Source of the DNA: Candidatus Woesebacteria bacterium GW2011_GWB1_33_22
GTDB lineage: Bacteria; Patescibacteriota; Microgenomatia; UBA8517
Direction: 5' to 3'
Length of the DNA: 54,830 bases
Assembly: GCA_000989765.1 (NCBI GenBank)
Contig: LBOW01000011.1
Location: 1-54,830, forward strand
Below, in pieces: positions 8,686 to 17,843 of the stretch; the stretch's first letter is position 1; each line of letters opens with the position of its first letter. A program made the translations under genes and the position numbers. The notes under the pieces were generated by a model. It worked only from the letters and a program-made list of their open reading frames with translations, made no database searches and had not been told where the DNA came from.

Positions 8686-8695
8686 GCGTTGTCAA
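8667..8695 (-). promoter_or_regulatory. hrcA operon promoter overlapping CIRCE
   Basis: Minus strand TTGACA-17 nt-TATGAT, with the -10 box 8 nt from the ATG. Confidence 0.6.
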
Positions 8696-8698
8696 GGT

Positions 8699-9097
8699 CT
8701 ATTTTGAATATAATTTAATTTCTGGAATCCTAGAAAAGTGTTTAATATTTTTTGTCATTAATACCAAATTGTTTACGATTGCGGTTGCACCAATAATTAG
8801 ATCAAAATCTTCAAGTCTTGATCCTTTTTTCTCTAATTCTATTTTTAAATCAATAAATTTGCCTGCGATTTTTAAATCAATCTCTAGTATTTTTATATTT
8901 AAGTCAATAATAAAATTAGTAAATTGTTTTGTTGCCTTAATCGAATTTTTTAATTTTCTTATCCCATAAATTATTTCAGACCAATTAATAATACTTATAA
9001 ATAAATCTTCTTTTGATTTACTTATAATTGTAGAAAGATAATCATCTTTATTATTTAAATGATTAATGATTACATCACTATCTAAAAGTAATCCCAT
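8699..9097 (-). CDS. vapC: PIN-domain toxin (VapC-like)
   Basis: 132 aa with an LLLDSDVIINHL N-terminus. Lies immediately downstream of a small antitoxin gene. Confidence 0.7.
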   Translation of the reverse strand: MGLLLDSDVIINHLNNKDDYLSTIISKSKEDLFISIINWSEIIYGIRKLKNSIKATKQFTNFIIDLNIKILEIDLKIAGKFIDLKIELEKKGSRLEDFDLIIGATAIVNNLVLMTKNIKHFSRIPEIKLYSK

Positions 9098-9098
9098 T

Positions 9099-9371
9099 TT
9101 AGTTTATTATTTTAAAATTTTTTCTAAAAGATTTAGTTGATTTTACAATTTCTTTGCTGATATCAACATTCCAAACACCCGCATATTTATCCATTATTTC
9201 AGACCTAGATAGTGTTTTTTTTATTGGATTTGTTATTTTGATCATTTTTATCATAGGTTTACCCATTTTTTCCACAACTATTTCATAATTATTGTAATAA
9301 GTTAAATTAATAAGTTCACTAAAGTTCTTTCTAGCCTCAAATACAGACATTGTTTTTAACATTTTTAACAT
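9099..9371 (-). CDS. Phd/YefM-type antitoxin (start uncertain: 9371, 9362 or 9350)
   Basis: MSVFEARKNFSELI is a Phd/YefM-like N-terminus. The longer track ORF (to 9398) would translate the TGTACA operator repeats. Confidence 0.6.
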   Translation of the reverse strand: MLKMLKTMSVFEARKNFSELINLTYYNNYEIVVEKMGKPMIKMIKITNPIKKTLSRSEIMDKYAGVWNVDISKEIVKSTKSFRKNFKIIN

Positions 9372-9372
9372 A

Positions 9373-9409
9373 CTGTACAGATTGTACAGCCTGTACATGT
9401 CGGTGTCAA
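9373..9409 (-). promoter_or_regulatory. TA promoter with three TGTACA palindromes
   Basis: Minus strand TTGACA-17 nt-TACAAT. TGTACA occurs at 9374, 9383 and 9392 (9-bp phasing). Confidence 0.6.
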
Positions 9410-9419
9410 GAGAGAGATT

Positions 9420-12101
9420 TTACCAACACCACCAAAGGAAACAATGTTCTCGCCCCGCGGAGCCTTGGCGAAGTGGGGTTGGGGAAGGAATAAATGTAGG
9501 CAATGGTGTTACTAATGCTCCAAGAACAGGAGAAGGTGTGGAAATAATTGGCTTAGTAATTTTTAAATTGAACTCTGGTAATTCTGTATAGTCATTGTTT
9601 TTATTGGTGGCAAAAATGTTTACATTGTATGTCCCCACCGATAACTTGTCTGTAAAACTAACTTTAAATCTTGATGTAGAATCAACTGTAGCTTCCTTAG
9701 AAACAAGGGTTATGTTGTTTTGAGAAAGTTGTACTGTTACTTTAGAACCTACTGTTGAAATTCCTGTAAATGTTGGTATTTGGTTAACTACTTTCTTGGT
9801 TAAAAGAACCAAAGGAAACCACTCACCTGAGAAGTTGGCTGTGTGGGTGTTGATTCTTAAAATTTTAGGATCAGAATCAGTACTGTTTCCATTTTGATCA
9901 AAAGCGCGAACCTTCCATTTGTATGCTCCACCTGCAAGTTTATCTATCTCCCTCTTGGCATACACTGATATTTCATTGCCTGAATAACTTACAAACCTTT
10001 CTGTTTGATCAAGTGTTGTTCCACTAACACCTTCTACGATGCTTGTTATGTATGGATAATAATCTTTACCCTCAGGTTTAATAAATATCTCATATGAAGA
10101 TATGCCAGCTGTAGCATCAGAAGACTTTGAAAAAGTAAAAGCAGGTAAACTATCAGTTGTAAATATATTATCCCCCCCACTACTATTAGACTTGGCAGGA
10201 TTAATAATATCTGACCTTGTGGCATCATACTCAAATATCTTAATATCGTCTATGTACCAACCATCCCTACGATTATTAGTATTTGCATATGGGTAAAGAG
10301 AACTTAGTAAAAACCTTAATTTTATATGTTGGGTTGCGTAGACACTTAGATCGATTTCCTCTTTTGTCCAATTTACCAATTTTCCGCTATAAACAGGACT
10401 TGTTCCATATAGATAAGCCTCACCGCCATTTGTATAATTGCCAGGAAGAGAAGTCCAATTAGAACCGTTATCGATTGAGATTTGAATTTCAGCAATATCA
10501 AAATAACTGTAAAGGTCATATTTTGTCCAAAAAGAAAGTTTTGGATTTGTGTAACCAGAAAGACTGATATTGTTCGTTGTGGTCAGAGACGAGTTAAGCG
10601 GATGGTCATAGTCGCCCAAAATACTATCCGTACATGAACTGGATGATGAATGGTAGGCAGAAGTTGTTGTCTGCCAAACAATTGAGGTAACCGATGAAGT
10701 TGTCCAGTTACTCAAATTGTCGCAGGAGTCTGAAAATATTATTTCAGGTGTAGCCACATAGTAAGTAATGCTTTTGGTTGAGAGTGTTGAGTCTCCTGAT
10801 TTAATTGTTAAAGTAAAGTCCATTTGTGTACCAAGTGGAGCCGTTTCAGATACAGTAAATGAGAAAGAGTCGTTAACTGTTTGACTGGTTTGACTATCAA
10901 GAGCACTGATTGTTTCACTACCATCATTAATGGTTACATATGAACTTGTGGTAGTTAATGTTGCAACCACAGAATCCATATTTCCTCTTCCTTTGTTTTT
11001 GGCAACAATTGACATTAATACTGTTTCTCCAGGATCCATGTATTCTTGGTTAGTTGAATATGAAGAGATGTCTGTGTAGCCCCCTGCTACAAAAGCAATA
11101 TATTTATTTGGGAAAAGATTTTCAGAAACTACAACGTCTATACGTGACTGTATTGGCCAAAAACTGGAATCAGCCCCCACTTCAGGTAGAAAAGAAAAAA
11201 TATTGCCGTTGTTGGCAATAACATCGCCATCATACATATAGTCAAGAACATCGCCCCGAATAGCGTATGTCAAGTTTTGAATAGTTAATCCTGTTACATA
11301 GTTATTCCCAGAAACCATATCGATAGCCCATTCTTCAAAAATGTTCCCATCAGAGGTTTGAGATTGCGAAGCTGTATAAGGGTAGGGCATGTCACCTCCG
11401 TAAGTATGGTAGTTAAAAGCTGTTTTGATTTGGTGGGAGGAGAGAAAATCACGTATTGCTTGTGTTTCTGGTTCAGAAAAAGGGGCTGTTCCACGGTAAT
11501 CACTCGCGCTGGTGGTTGTGCTTGATCCGCTATTATTGTAGTTCCAGTAGGCCTGTGGTCCAAAGTTGCGGTTGAGGTCTACTCCGTAAGTTCCATTACC
11601 ATTGTTTTTTCTATTCTTTCTCCAATTCCCTCCCCCTGAGGGGTTTGTTGTTTGGTTGTAGTAGTAGCCATCAGGATTAACAACAGGCAGAAAGTACATT
11701 TCTCTGTTATCAACCAAATATTTTGCAGTTGAATCGGTATTATAGTTTTCAAGAAGGTAATACATGAAGTAAATTGTTACCTCCATTCCCATTGGTTCTC
11801 TTGCGTGAGTTAGAGCGTTGTAAAATACCTCTGGCTCACTTTCATCACTTCCCGGGTTATCTGAAATCTTAACTATATAAATAGGTCTTCCTTCTACAGT
11901 TGTTCCTATCTGTTCCTTAGCTGTAATGAGGTTAGGATACTTAGTATGCATATTATCCAGCTGGTCATACACTTCACTTAATGTGTAATATCCACCCATG
12001 GAACCATATCCAAAATCTGTAGCTAGTGCAGAAGAAGGAAACAACAACAAAAAAAGAAGAAATATAGGCAGGAAAGAAAAAACTATTTTTATAATTTTCA
12101 T
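9420..12101 (-). CDS. Secreted M14 zinc carboxypeptidase with large C-terminal beta-rich domains
   Basis: Signal peptide, HAREPMG (HxxE), VVNPDGY, WRKNRK and GVDLNRNF. About 550 aa of Ser/Thr-rich beta-domain sequence follow. Confidence 0.85.
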   Translation of the reverse strand: MKIIKIVFSFLPIFLLFLLLFPSSALATDFGYGSMGGYYTLSEVYDQLDNMHTKYPNLITAKEQIGTTVEGRPIYIVKISDNPGSDESEPEVFYNALTHAREPMGMEVTIYFMYYLLENYNTDSTAKYLVDNREMYFLPVVNPDGYYYNQTTNPSGGGNWRKNRKNNGNGTYGVDLNRNFGPQAYWNYNNSGSSTTTSASDYRGTAPFSEPETQAIRDFLSSHQIKTAFNYHTYGGDMPYPYTASQSQTSDGNIFEEWAIDMVSGNNYVTGLTIQNLTYAIRGDVLDYMYDGDVIANNGNIFSFLPEVGADSSFWPIQSRIDVVVSENLFPNKYIAFVAGGYTDISSYSTNQEYMDPGETVLMSIVAKNKGRGNMDSVVATLTTTSSYVTINDGSETISALDSQTSQTVNDSFSFTVSETAPLGTQMDFTLTIKSGDSTLSTKSITYYVATPEIIFSDSCDNLSNWTTSSVTSIVWQTTTSAYHSSSSSCTDSILGDYDHPLNSSLTTTNNISLSGYTNPKLSFWTKYDLYSYFDIAEIQISIDNGSNWTSLPGNYTNGGEAYLYGTSPVYSGKLVNWTKEEIDLSVYATQHIKLRFLLSSLYPYANTNNRRDGWYIDDIKIFEYDATRSDIINPAKSNSSGGDNIFTTDSLPAFTFSKSSDATAGISSYEIFIKPEGKDYYPYITSIVEGVSGTTLDQTERFVSYSGNEISVYAKREIDKLAGGAYKWKVRAFDQNGNSTDSDPKILRINTHTANFSGEWFPLVLLTKKVVNQIPTFTGISTVGSKVTVQLSQNNITLVSKEATVDSTSRFKVSFTDKLSVGTYNVNIFATNKNNDYTELPEFNLKITKPIISTPSPVLGALVTPLPTFIPSPTPLRQGSAGREHCFLWWCW
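9452..9480. repeat. GC-rich mini-element, copy 1 (partner 37069..37098)
   Basis: gccccgcggagc-cttg-gcgaagtggggtt, compared with gccccgcgaagc-ttcat-gcgaagtggggtt. Confidence 0.85.
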
Positions 12102-13153
12102 TTCCCAATGCTTTTAATTATGTTTTTAAAAAAATCAATAATTGTATTAATAATAGTTTGTTTTTGGGTAGTTTCTTGATTAACTATTTCTGTACTTATT
12201 TTTGGTGTTTGGGCAGGAACAGGTGATGGTTCGTCAGTAGTTGTTCCTAATACGGCTTTTGGGGTAGTAGAATCAACAGAAACAAGTGTGTAATACCCAC
12301 CAAGTTTGGTAATGGCTGCTACTGTTTTGTTTTTGGTATCAATTACAGAGTTAGAAAGTATCTTCCAAATCTTGCCGTCTAAAGAATATGCAATTTTTAA
12401 ATTTTTGTAAGTTCCAGTATACGACAAACTAACAATTGATGGTTTTTTCTGTAAATCTTGAGTAATTTTAACTGGTGTGTATCCTGCTGGAGCATATGCC
12501 TTGTACCAGATTTCTTGGATACTACCTATTTTAGTATAGTTTCCATTGTAAATGATGTTACTTACTTGTGAAGAAAGAAAGGCATTAAAATTAAAAGTTT
12601 GGGGTGGAATGATTACAACCACCTTTTGTTCCCCTTGATTAGAATCTTTAGTAGGTGTTAGAACAGTTTCTGTGGTTGTTGTATTTAACACTTCTTGTTT
12701 TACTTGGTAGGTTTCAGGGGTAGTAGAACCTGTTTCTTCCCTAGTATTCATTTCAAAGGTGGAGGTTGCTCCATACAAAGTGCTGGGCATATAAAGATCA
12801 TTCTGATCATGGGTTCTGACATATACCTTCCTTCCGCTTCCTTCATCCATTGATCCAAATTCACAACTGAAAGCTTCAGAGGTGGAATCAAAACTACCAT
12901 CTGTTGGGGTACAGTCAGTCCAGCTACCGGGAACTGTGTTGCTTCCACTCCACTCAACTCCTGAAATTGAATAGTCACTGTTGGTATCTGTTGCTGTTCC
13001 TGTGAGGGTAGTACTACTTCCCGCTCCAAAGTAACTGGCTACTGAGTTTAAACTAACAGTTGGTGTTCCATGTGAGATTTCGTAGTAGTTGACAACTGGG
13101 TCACCAGTTCCACTTGAAGAGGTTCCACCTTGCAACACATTAATATTGGCCAA
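12098..13153 (-). CDS. Secreted beta-rich domain protein; probably the frameshifted C-terminal part of the FG-GAP gene
   Basis: Has only a TTG start and overlaps the upstream ORF by 106 nt in another frame. Its ATGA overlap with the M14 gene suggests one operon. Confidence 0.5.
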   Translation of the reverse strand: MANINVLQGGTSSSGTGDPVVNYYEISHGTPTVSLNSVASYFGAGSSTTLTGTATDTNSDYSISGVEWSGSNTVPGSWTDCTPTDGSFDSTSEAFSCEFGSMDEGSGRKVYVRTHDQNDLYMPSTLYGATSTFEMNTREETGSTTPETYQVKQEVLNTTTTETVLTPTKDSNQGEQKVVVIIPPQTFNFNAFLSSQVSNIIYNGNYTKIGSIQEIWYKAYAPAGYTPVKITQDLQKKPSIVSLSYTGTYKNLKIAYSLDGKIWKILSNSVIDTKNKTVAAITKLGGYYTLVSVDSTTPKAVLGTTTDEPSPVPAQTPKISTEIVNQETTQKQTIINTIIDFFKNIIKSIGK

Positions 13154-14535
13154 CCATCATAATCCCAGTCAAAAGCAGATACTGAGTTACCATATGCTGT
13201 ATTTCCTGAAGTTTTTACTTCACTAAACCACGGTGAATCCGCAAATGTCCCAGCAGTATTTTTGTAAATGAAGAATTTACCATGACGGGAACCTGAAGCT
13301 ACATTATTCTGGTAAGCTCCTACTAACAAATCCGGCTTCCCGTCATTGGTAACATCATACAAAAAAGTGGTTCTTCCAAAATTATCGTTCGAGGCCTGAC
13401 CATTTAAAATAATATCCGCTACTGTTACTGAATATGAAGAGTCAAAACTGCTTCTACCAAAAAAACAATATACACGTCCTTGATTTGTGGCTACAGTGTC
13501 ATTACTATATGCCCCAGCACAAAAATCATCTAAACCATCAGAATTGATATCGGCTGTAGAAGTTGAGCGATTTCTACCGAGAAGGTCTGTGGTTGTTTCT
13601 GCATTAAAAACGCTAGTTTGCGAAAAACCTCCCAAGTTCGACCCGTTAAACAAGAATAACTTTCCATTTTGAGAATTATCTATTGATAATAAATCATCAA
13701 CATTATCTCCATTTGAATCACCCGTTCCTATTGTCCAAAAATCCAACCCAAAAGTGTTTGTTCCTGTTGTACTCAAAGTAAAACTTGGATTATTATAGTC
13801 GAAGGTGTTATTTGTGTTTAAAAAGGTATATATCTTAGAACTAGTAGATGAAGTGGCTGTGCCCGCAACAACGATGACATCATTATTATTATCGTTATTA
13901 ACATCTAAAATTTTTACACCAATCCCGAAATTTTTATTATTGGTTAAGTTCCCTAAAGCTGAAAGGTCGGCAACCGATGCGGCCAAGTCACCAGATAAGG
14001 TTGCACTTCCATAAAAAACATAAATTTTACCCGCCAGGCTACCAGCTTCGTCGTTTCCGTATGCTCCCGCCAAAATATCGTTATATCCATCTCCATTTAT
14101 ATCACCAACCGCAAAAGAATTTCCCAAATCACCACCTGAGAACGAATCAGAATTAGTTTCACCAGTTATTGTAATATCAGCACTTGAACTAAAACCTGTC
14201 CCATTTCCAAAATATACATAAATTCTTCCCTTCGAAGACGAATATTGAGAGTTGCCAATAAGCATATCGTCATACCCATCCCCATTGATATCACTATATT
14301 GCGGGTAGAACCCAAAAAAAGTTCCGTTTGTAAGGGTTCCCTCTGCCGTCATACCAGGCGCGACAAAAGCATAAACTGAGGAATTAGGAATTAGGAAAAA
14401 AGAAATTAGGAAAAATGTAAAAACGGAAAGAATTTTTACAAAACGGTGGCGGAAACTACTCTCTCTCTCTCTCGTAAACACATTGGTTTTGTGAGTATTC
14501 TTTGCATACATTTTATTATACTTACATTTAATCAT
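13048..14535 (-). CDS. FG-GAP/VCBS-repeat (integrin-alpha-like) secreted protein
   Basis: Repeated DINGDGYDD/GDxNGDGxxD motifs followed by G-x-Y-V-F-G patterns. N-terminal hydrophobic signal. Confidence 0.75.
   Translation of the reverse strand: MIKCKYNKMYAKNTHKTNVFTRERESSFRHRFVKILSVFTFFLISFFLIPNSSVYAFVAPGMTAEGTLTNGTFFGFYPQYSDINGDGYDDMLIGNSQYSSSKGRIYVYFGNGTGFSSSADITITGETNSDSFSGGDLGNSFAVGDINGDGYNDILAGAYGNDEAGSLAGKIYVFYGSATLSGDLAASVADLSALGNLTNNKNFGIGVKILDVNNDNNNDVIVVAGTATSSTSSKIYTFLNTNNTFDYNNPSFTLSTTGTNTFGLDFWTIGTGDSNGDNVDDLLSIDNSQNGKLFLFNGSNLGGFSQTSVFNAETTTDLLGRNRSTSTADINSDGLDDFCAGAYSNDTVATNQGRVYCFFGRSSFDSSYSVTVADIILNGQASNDNFGRTTFLYDVTNDGKPDLLVGAYQNNVASGSRHGKFFIYKNTAGTFADSPWFSEVKTSGNTAYGNSVSAFDWDYDGWPILMCCKVEPLQVELVTQLSTTTKSHMEHQLLV
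14381..14416. repeat. Degenerate period-7 array in the signal-peptide region
   Basis: gaattag gaattag gaaaaaa gaaattag gaaaaat. Confidence 0.5.
14459..14473. repeat. (CT)7.5 dinucleotide tract in the 5' coding region of the FG-GAP gene
   Basis: ctctctctctctctc; encodes RERE on the minus strand. Confidence 0.9.
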
Positions 14536-14640
14536 TAATTGATTTTGAAGTCAAAAGCCTTTTGCATTGATTTCCAACTGTAAATAGTTATTCTATTTGT
14601 GTCCAAATTGTCAATCCCATTGCCAACTTGTCCTATTTAA

Positions 14641-16317
14641 TTAATCTAGCCTTTCTACCTCTGTTGTAAACTTTTGCCCTTGGAGCATTCGTTTAAATAA
14701 ATTTACAAAAGTTTCAAGTTCAGTTGATTTAAGTATTTTTAATATAAACACATAGATTAAACAGCCTATTAAACCAACTATAATCGTCAGTGCAAGTAAG
14801 TTACCAGCATATCGAGTATCTAGAACAAATTTTTCAAATGGTAGATCAACATTTGCAATGAATGAAAGCTTTTTGACCCAAACTGATTTGTCAAAAAACT
14901 TTAAAATGAAAAACATTACTCCACCCGAGACAAAACCTGAAAAAAGAGATTTTAATATTGGCAAATAAAGTAAAGTTTTTGCCCCATCGTGAATTCTTTT
15001 GGTAATAACTACAAAAAGAATTACAGATTGGATTATGGCAGATAATGAGAATGCAAAAGCAAGTCCCCATACAGGAAACTTATAAATAATTACCAAAAGA
15101 TAATCGAGGATGATGTTAAAAATCAAAATAACTACTGAAATCTTGACAGGTGTCTTAGTGTCATGCATTGCGTAAAAGGCACGAGCTAAAATTGAATTTG
15201 CCGCTTGTGAAAAAATTCCAATTGCAAAAGCAGAAATTACTAGCGAAGTTTCAACTGTTGAATCCCATGTAAAAATATCTGTTCCAAAAATAAGACGGAC
15301 AATGGGGATTCTGGCAACCATTAAAAAGGCAACAATTGGGGTCATTAAAAATACAATTTGATTTAAAGTCTCAAATAAGGTCTTTTTAAACGCAGGTAAG
15401 TCGTCTGCTTGACGAGCCAGTGTCGGAAGGGCTGCCTTAGCAATTGACGTTCCAAAAAGTCCAACAGGTAAAAGCTGTACTGTATTACCAAAGGTAAAAT
15501 ATGTATAAGCTGGAGCTGAAATTAACGAAGCTAGAGTTAATTCAACAAATTTGGCAACTTGCAAAAATGATACTTCAATTATTCTAGGAATTGAAAGTTT
15601 GGCAATTCTTCTAACTTCTGGTGTAATTTTTAAGCTTTTGGAAAACTTAAACCCCAATTTAATGGCAAGTGGCAATTGAATTAAAAAATGTAACGCTGAA
15701 CCTATTAAAACTCCTATAACTGGGGCAAATAAACCCAATTGTTTGGAAAAAATAATAGTTGTAATAATTATTCCTAAGTTATAAAAAAGAGGAGCTAAAG
15801 CAGGCACAAAAAAACGCTTGGAAGATTCTAAAACTGCAGTTAAAACATAAGAGATTACAAAAAAACCCTGTGCAATAAATAAAACTCTTGCCAAGTCAGC
15901 AATTCTAGTTTGATCTGAAAAGGTAAAACCTGGAGTAATTACTCTATAGAGAGGGTGTGCAAAAATAACAACAAGGCTTGCAAGTATTAGAAAGAATATT
16001 CCTCCCCAGTTAGCTATAATTCCTGCTGTTTGCCAGGCTTTAAATTTGGACGATTTCAAAGTTTTTGTGAAAATTGGTATAAAAGCTGAAGCAAATGTCC
16101 CAAAAACCAAAACTTCAAAAACTGTATCTGGAAGTCTAAAGGCTGCAAAAAAAAGACTTAAATCGCTTGAGACAAAATAATGAGCCAAAACCCTTTGTCG
16201 AATTAACCCCAACAATCTTGAAGCAACAATCATTATCATTATCAAACTTGCAGCAGAAAGAACAGAGTGTTGTTGGCCAGAAACAAGTGATTTGAGTTTT
16301 GCAATTGTTAATTTCAT
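14641..16317 (-). CDS. murJ: Lipid II flippase MurJ/MviN
   Basis: 558 aa polytopic protein. N-terminus ASRLLGLIRQRVLAHYF ... FRLPDTVFEVL is typical of MurJ. Confidence 0.85.
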   Translation of the reverse strand: MKLTIAKLKSLVSGQQHSVLSAASLIMIMIVASRLLGLIRQRVLAHYFVSSDLSLFFAAFRLPDTVFEVLVFGTFASAFIPIFTKTLKSSKFKAWQTAGIIANWGGIFFLILASLVVIFAHPLYRVITPGFTFSDQTRIADLARVLFIAQGFFVISYVLTAVLESSKRFFVPALAPLFYNLGIIITTIIFSKQLGLFAPVIGVLIGSALHFLIQLPLAIKLGFKFSKSLKITPEVRRIAKLSIPRIIEVSFLQVAKFVELTLASLISAPAYTYFTFGNTVQLLPVGLFGTSIAKAALPTLARQADDLPAFKKTLFETLNQIVFLMTPIVAFLMVARIPIVRLIFGTDIFTWDSTVETSLVISAFAIGIFSQAANSILARAFYAMHDTKTPVKISVVILIFNIILDYLLVIIYKFPVWGLAFAFSLSAIIQSVILFVVITKRIHDGAKTLLYLPILKSLFSGFVSGGVMFFILKFFDKSVWVKKLSFIANVDLPFEKFVLDTRYAGNLLALTIIVGLIGCLIYVFILKILKSTELETFVNLFKRMLQGQKFTTEVERLD

Positions 16318-16339
16318 TTTTTTTGATTATACTACCAGC

Positions 16340-16570
16340 ATGCCAGTAACAAAAACAGCCAAAAGAGCTCTTCGAGGGTCAGTGAAAAAGCAATCTGTTA
16401 ATAAAATTGCCCTAACAAGGCTTGAAGTTGCCATTAAGAAAGCAAAAACTACTAAATCCAAAAAGGATATTGAAAAAGCCTTTTCACTTACTGATAAAAC
16501 GGCTAAAATAAAGGCAATCCACAAAAATAAATCCGCCAGGATTAAATCTCAGTTATCAAAAATTAAATAA
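16340..16570 (+). CDS. rpsT: 30S ribosomal protein S20
   Basis: MPVTKTAKRALRGSVKKQ...; 76 aa and basic. The start at 16340 is preferred over the track start 16292, which overlaps murJ. Confidence 0.85.
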   Translation: MPVTKTAKRALRGSVKKQSVNKIALTRLEVAIKKAKTTKSKKDIEKAFSLTDKTAKIKAIHKNKSARIKSQLSKIK

Positions 16571-16609
16571 TCTTCTCTACTGCATTTTCATATGCTATGA
16601 TCTTATTGT

Positions 16610-17179
16610 ATGCCCAAATCAGCAAAGCAAAAAAACATTAACCTAATTCCTCAAGATGAGTTTGAATCCTCAACGGCTGGACGAATATTAAAATGGGCTC
16701 TTTCTTCGTTTCGTGTCATGGTTATTGCCACAGAACTTATCGTCATGTCTGCTTTTTTGTCGAGATTTTGGCTTGATGCTAAAAACTCAGACTTAAATGA
16801 GGAACTGGAGATTAACAAGGCTCAAGTTGGTGCATACATAGACATTGAGACTACCTTTAGAGAAAAACAGCAAAAATTAGGAATCGTTAAATCTCTATAT
16901 GCCGAACCAAAATTATCAGAAATGATGAACACTTTTACAAGACTAATGCCTGGAGATATTTCACTTAATTCAATATCAATTACAGAGGGTCAGCTACAAT
17001 TAAGGGCTAGTGCTTTATCTGAAAATTCAATCGCCCAATTTTTGGTTAACCTTGAAAAAGATAACACTTTTAAAGACACCAATCTTTCACAGGTATCAAC
17101 CTCCACTGAAAACAGTAACTTAACTTTGTTTACAATTACAGGTAGATCGGGTGTAATTCCCCAATCAAAGAAAAAATAA
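16610..17179 (+). CDS. PilN-like type IV pilus assembly protein
   Basis: INLIPQDEF signature followed by a single TM and a periplasmic domain. Confidence 0.5.
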   Translation: MPKSAKQKNINLIPQDEFESSTAGRILKWALSSFRVMVIATELIVMSAFLSRFWLDAKNSDLNEELEINKAQVGAYIDIETTFREKQQKLGIVKSLYAEPKLSEMMNTFTRLMPGDISLNSISITEGQLQLRASALSENSIAQFLVNLEKDNTFKDTNLSQVSTSTENSNLTLFTITGRSGVIPQSKKK

Positions 17180-17180
17180 T

Positions 17181-17843
17181 ATGGAAACTGGATGGAAAAG
17201 AAATTATTCAAGATATAAAGAATTTTTCTTAAATGTTTGGCGTTTGTATAATACCAAACCTAGTCTAAAAATTTACTTAGAACTCATTCTTTCAATTACT
17301 ACAGTTGCTATTTTTGGCGTTTTCGCACTTAAACCAACAATTTTAACTATTGTTGACTTAAATAAAGATATTACAAATAAAGAAGAGGCAATATCCAAAC
17401 TTAAACAAAAAATCAATAATCTACAGATAGCTAACGCAACGTTACAAACAGAAAGTTCAAGACTTCACATAATCGACGAGGCAGTACCAAATACTGTCTC
17501 AGCTGAAACATTAATTAAACAGATTGAAATTCTAGCAGCTCAAAATTCGGTTTCAATACTTTCATTCTCCATCTCAGATGTCAATTTGGTAGGTAAAAAA
17601 GAAGTAAAGAAAAAGTCGGGTGACCTTGTCAGTTTAGCTGAAGGCAGTAATGAACTTCAGTTCACTTTTTCAAGCCACGGATCATATCAAAATCTATTAA
17701 ACCTAATAAAAAACGTTGAAAACTTAAGACGACCTGTAAAGATTGATTCTTTTTTACTTAATGCAAATGTTTCAGAAATAGGAAAAGTTTTGACCTTAAC
17801 AGTATCGGGTAGAGTACCATTTATTATATATGAAGAAAAATAA
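17181..17843 (+). CDS. PilO-like membrane protein
   Basis: N-terminal TM, coiled coil, then an alpha/beta domain. Adjacent to the PilN-like gene. Confidence 0.4.
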   Translation: METGWKRNYSRYKEFFLNVWRLYNTKPSLKIYLELILSITTVAIFGVFALKPTILTIVDLNKDITNKEEAISKLKQKINNLQIANATLQTESSRLHIIDEAVPNTVSAETLIKQIEILAAQNSVSILSFSISDVNLVGKKEVKKKSGDLVSLAEGSNELQFTFSSHGSYQNLLNLIKNVENLRRPVKIDSFLLNANVSEIGKVLTLTVSGRVPFIIYEEK

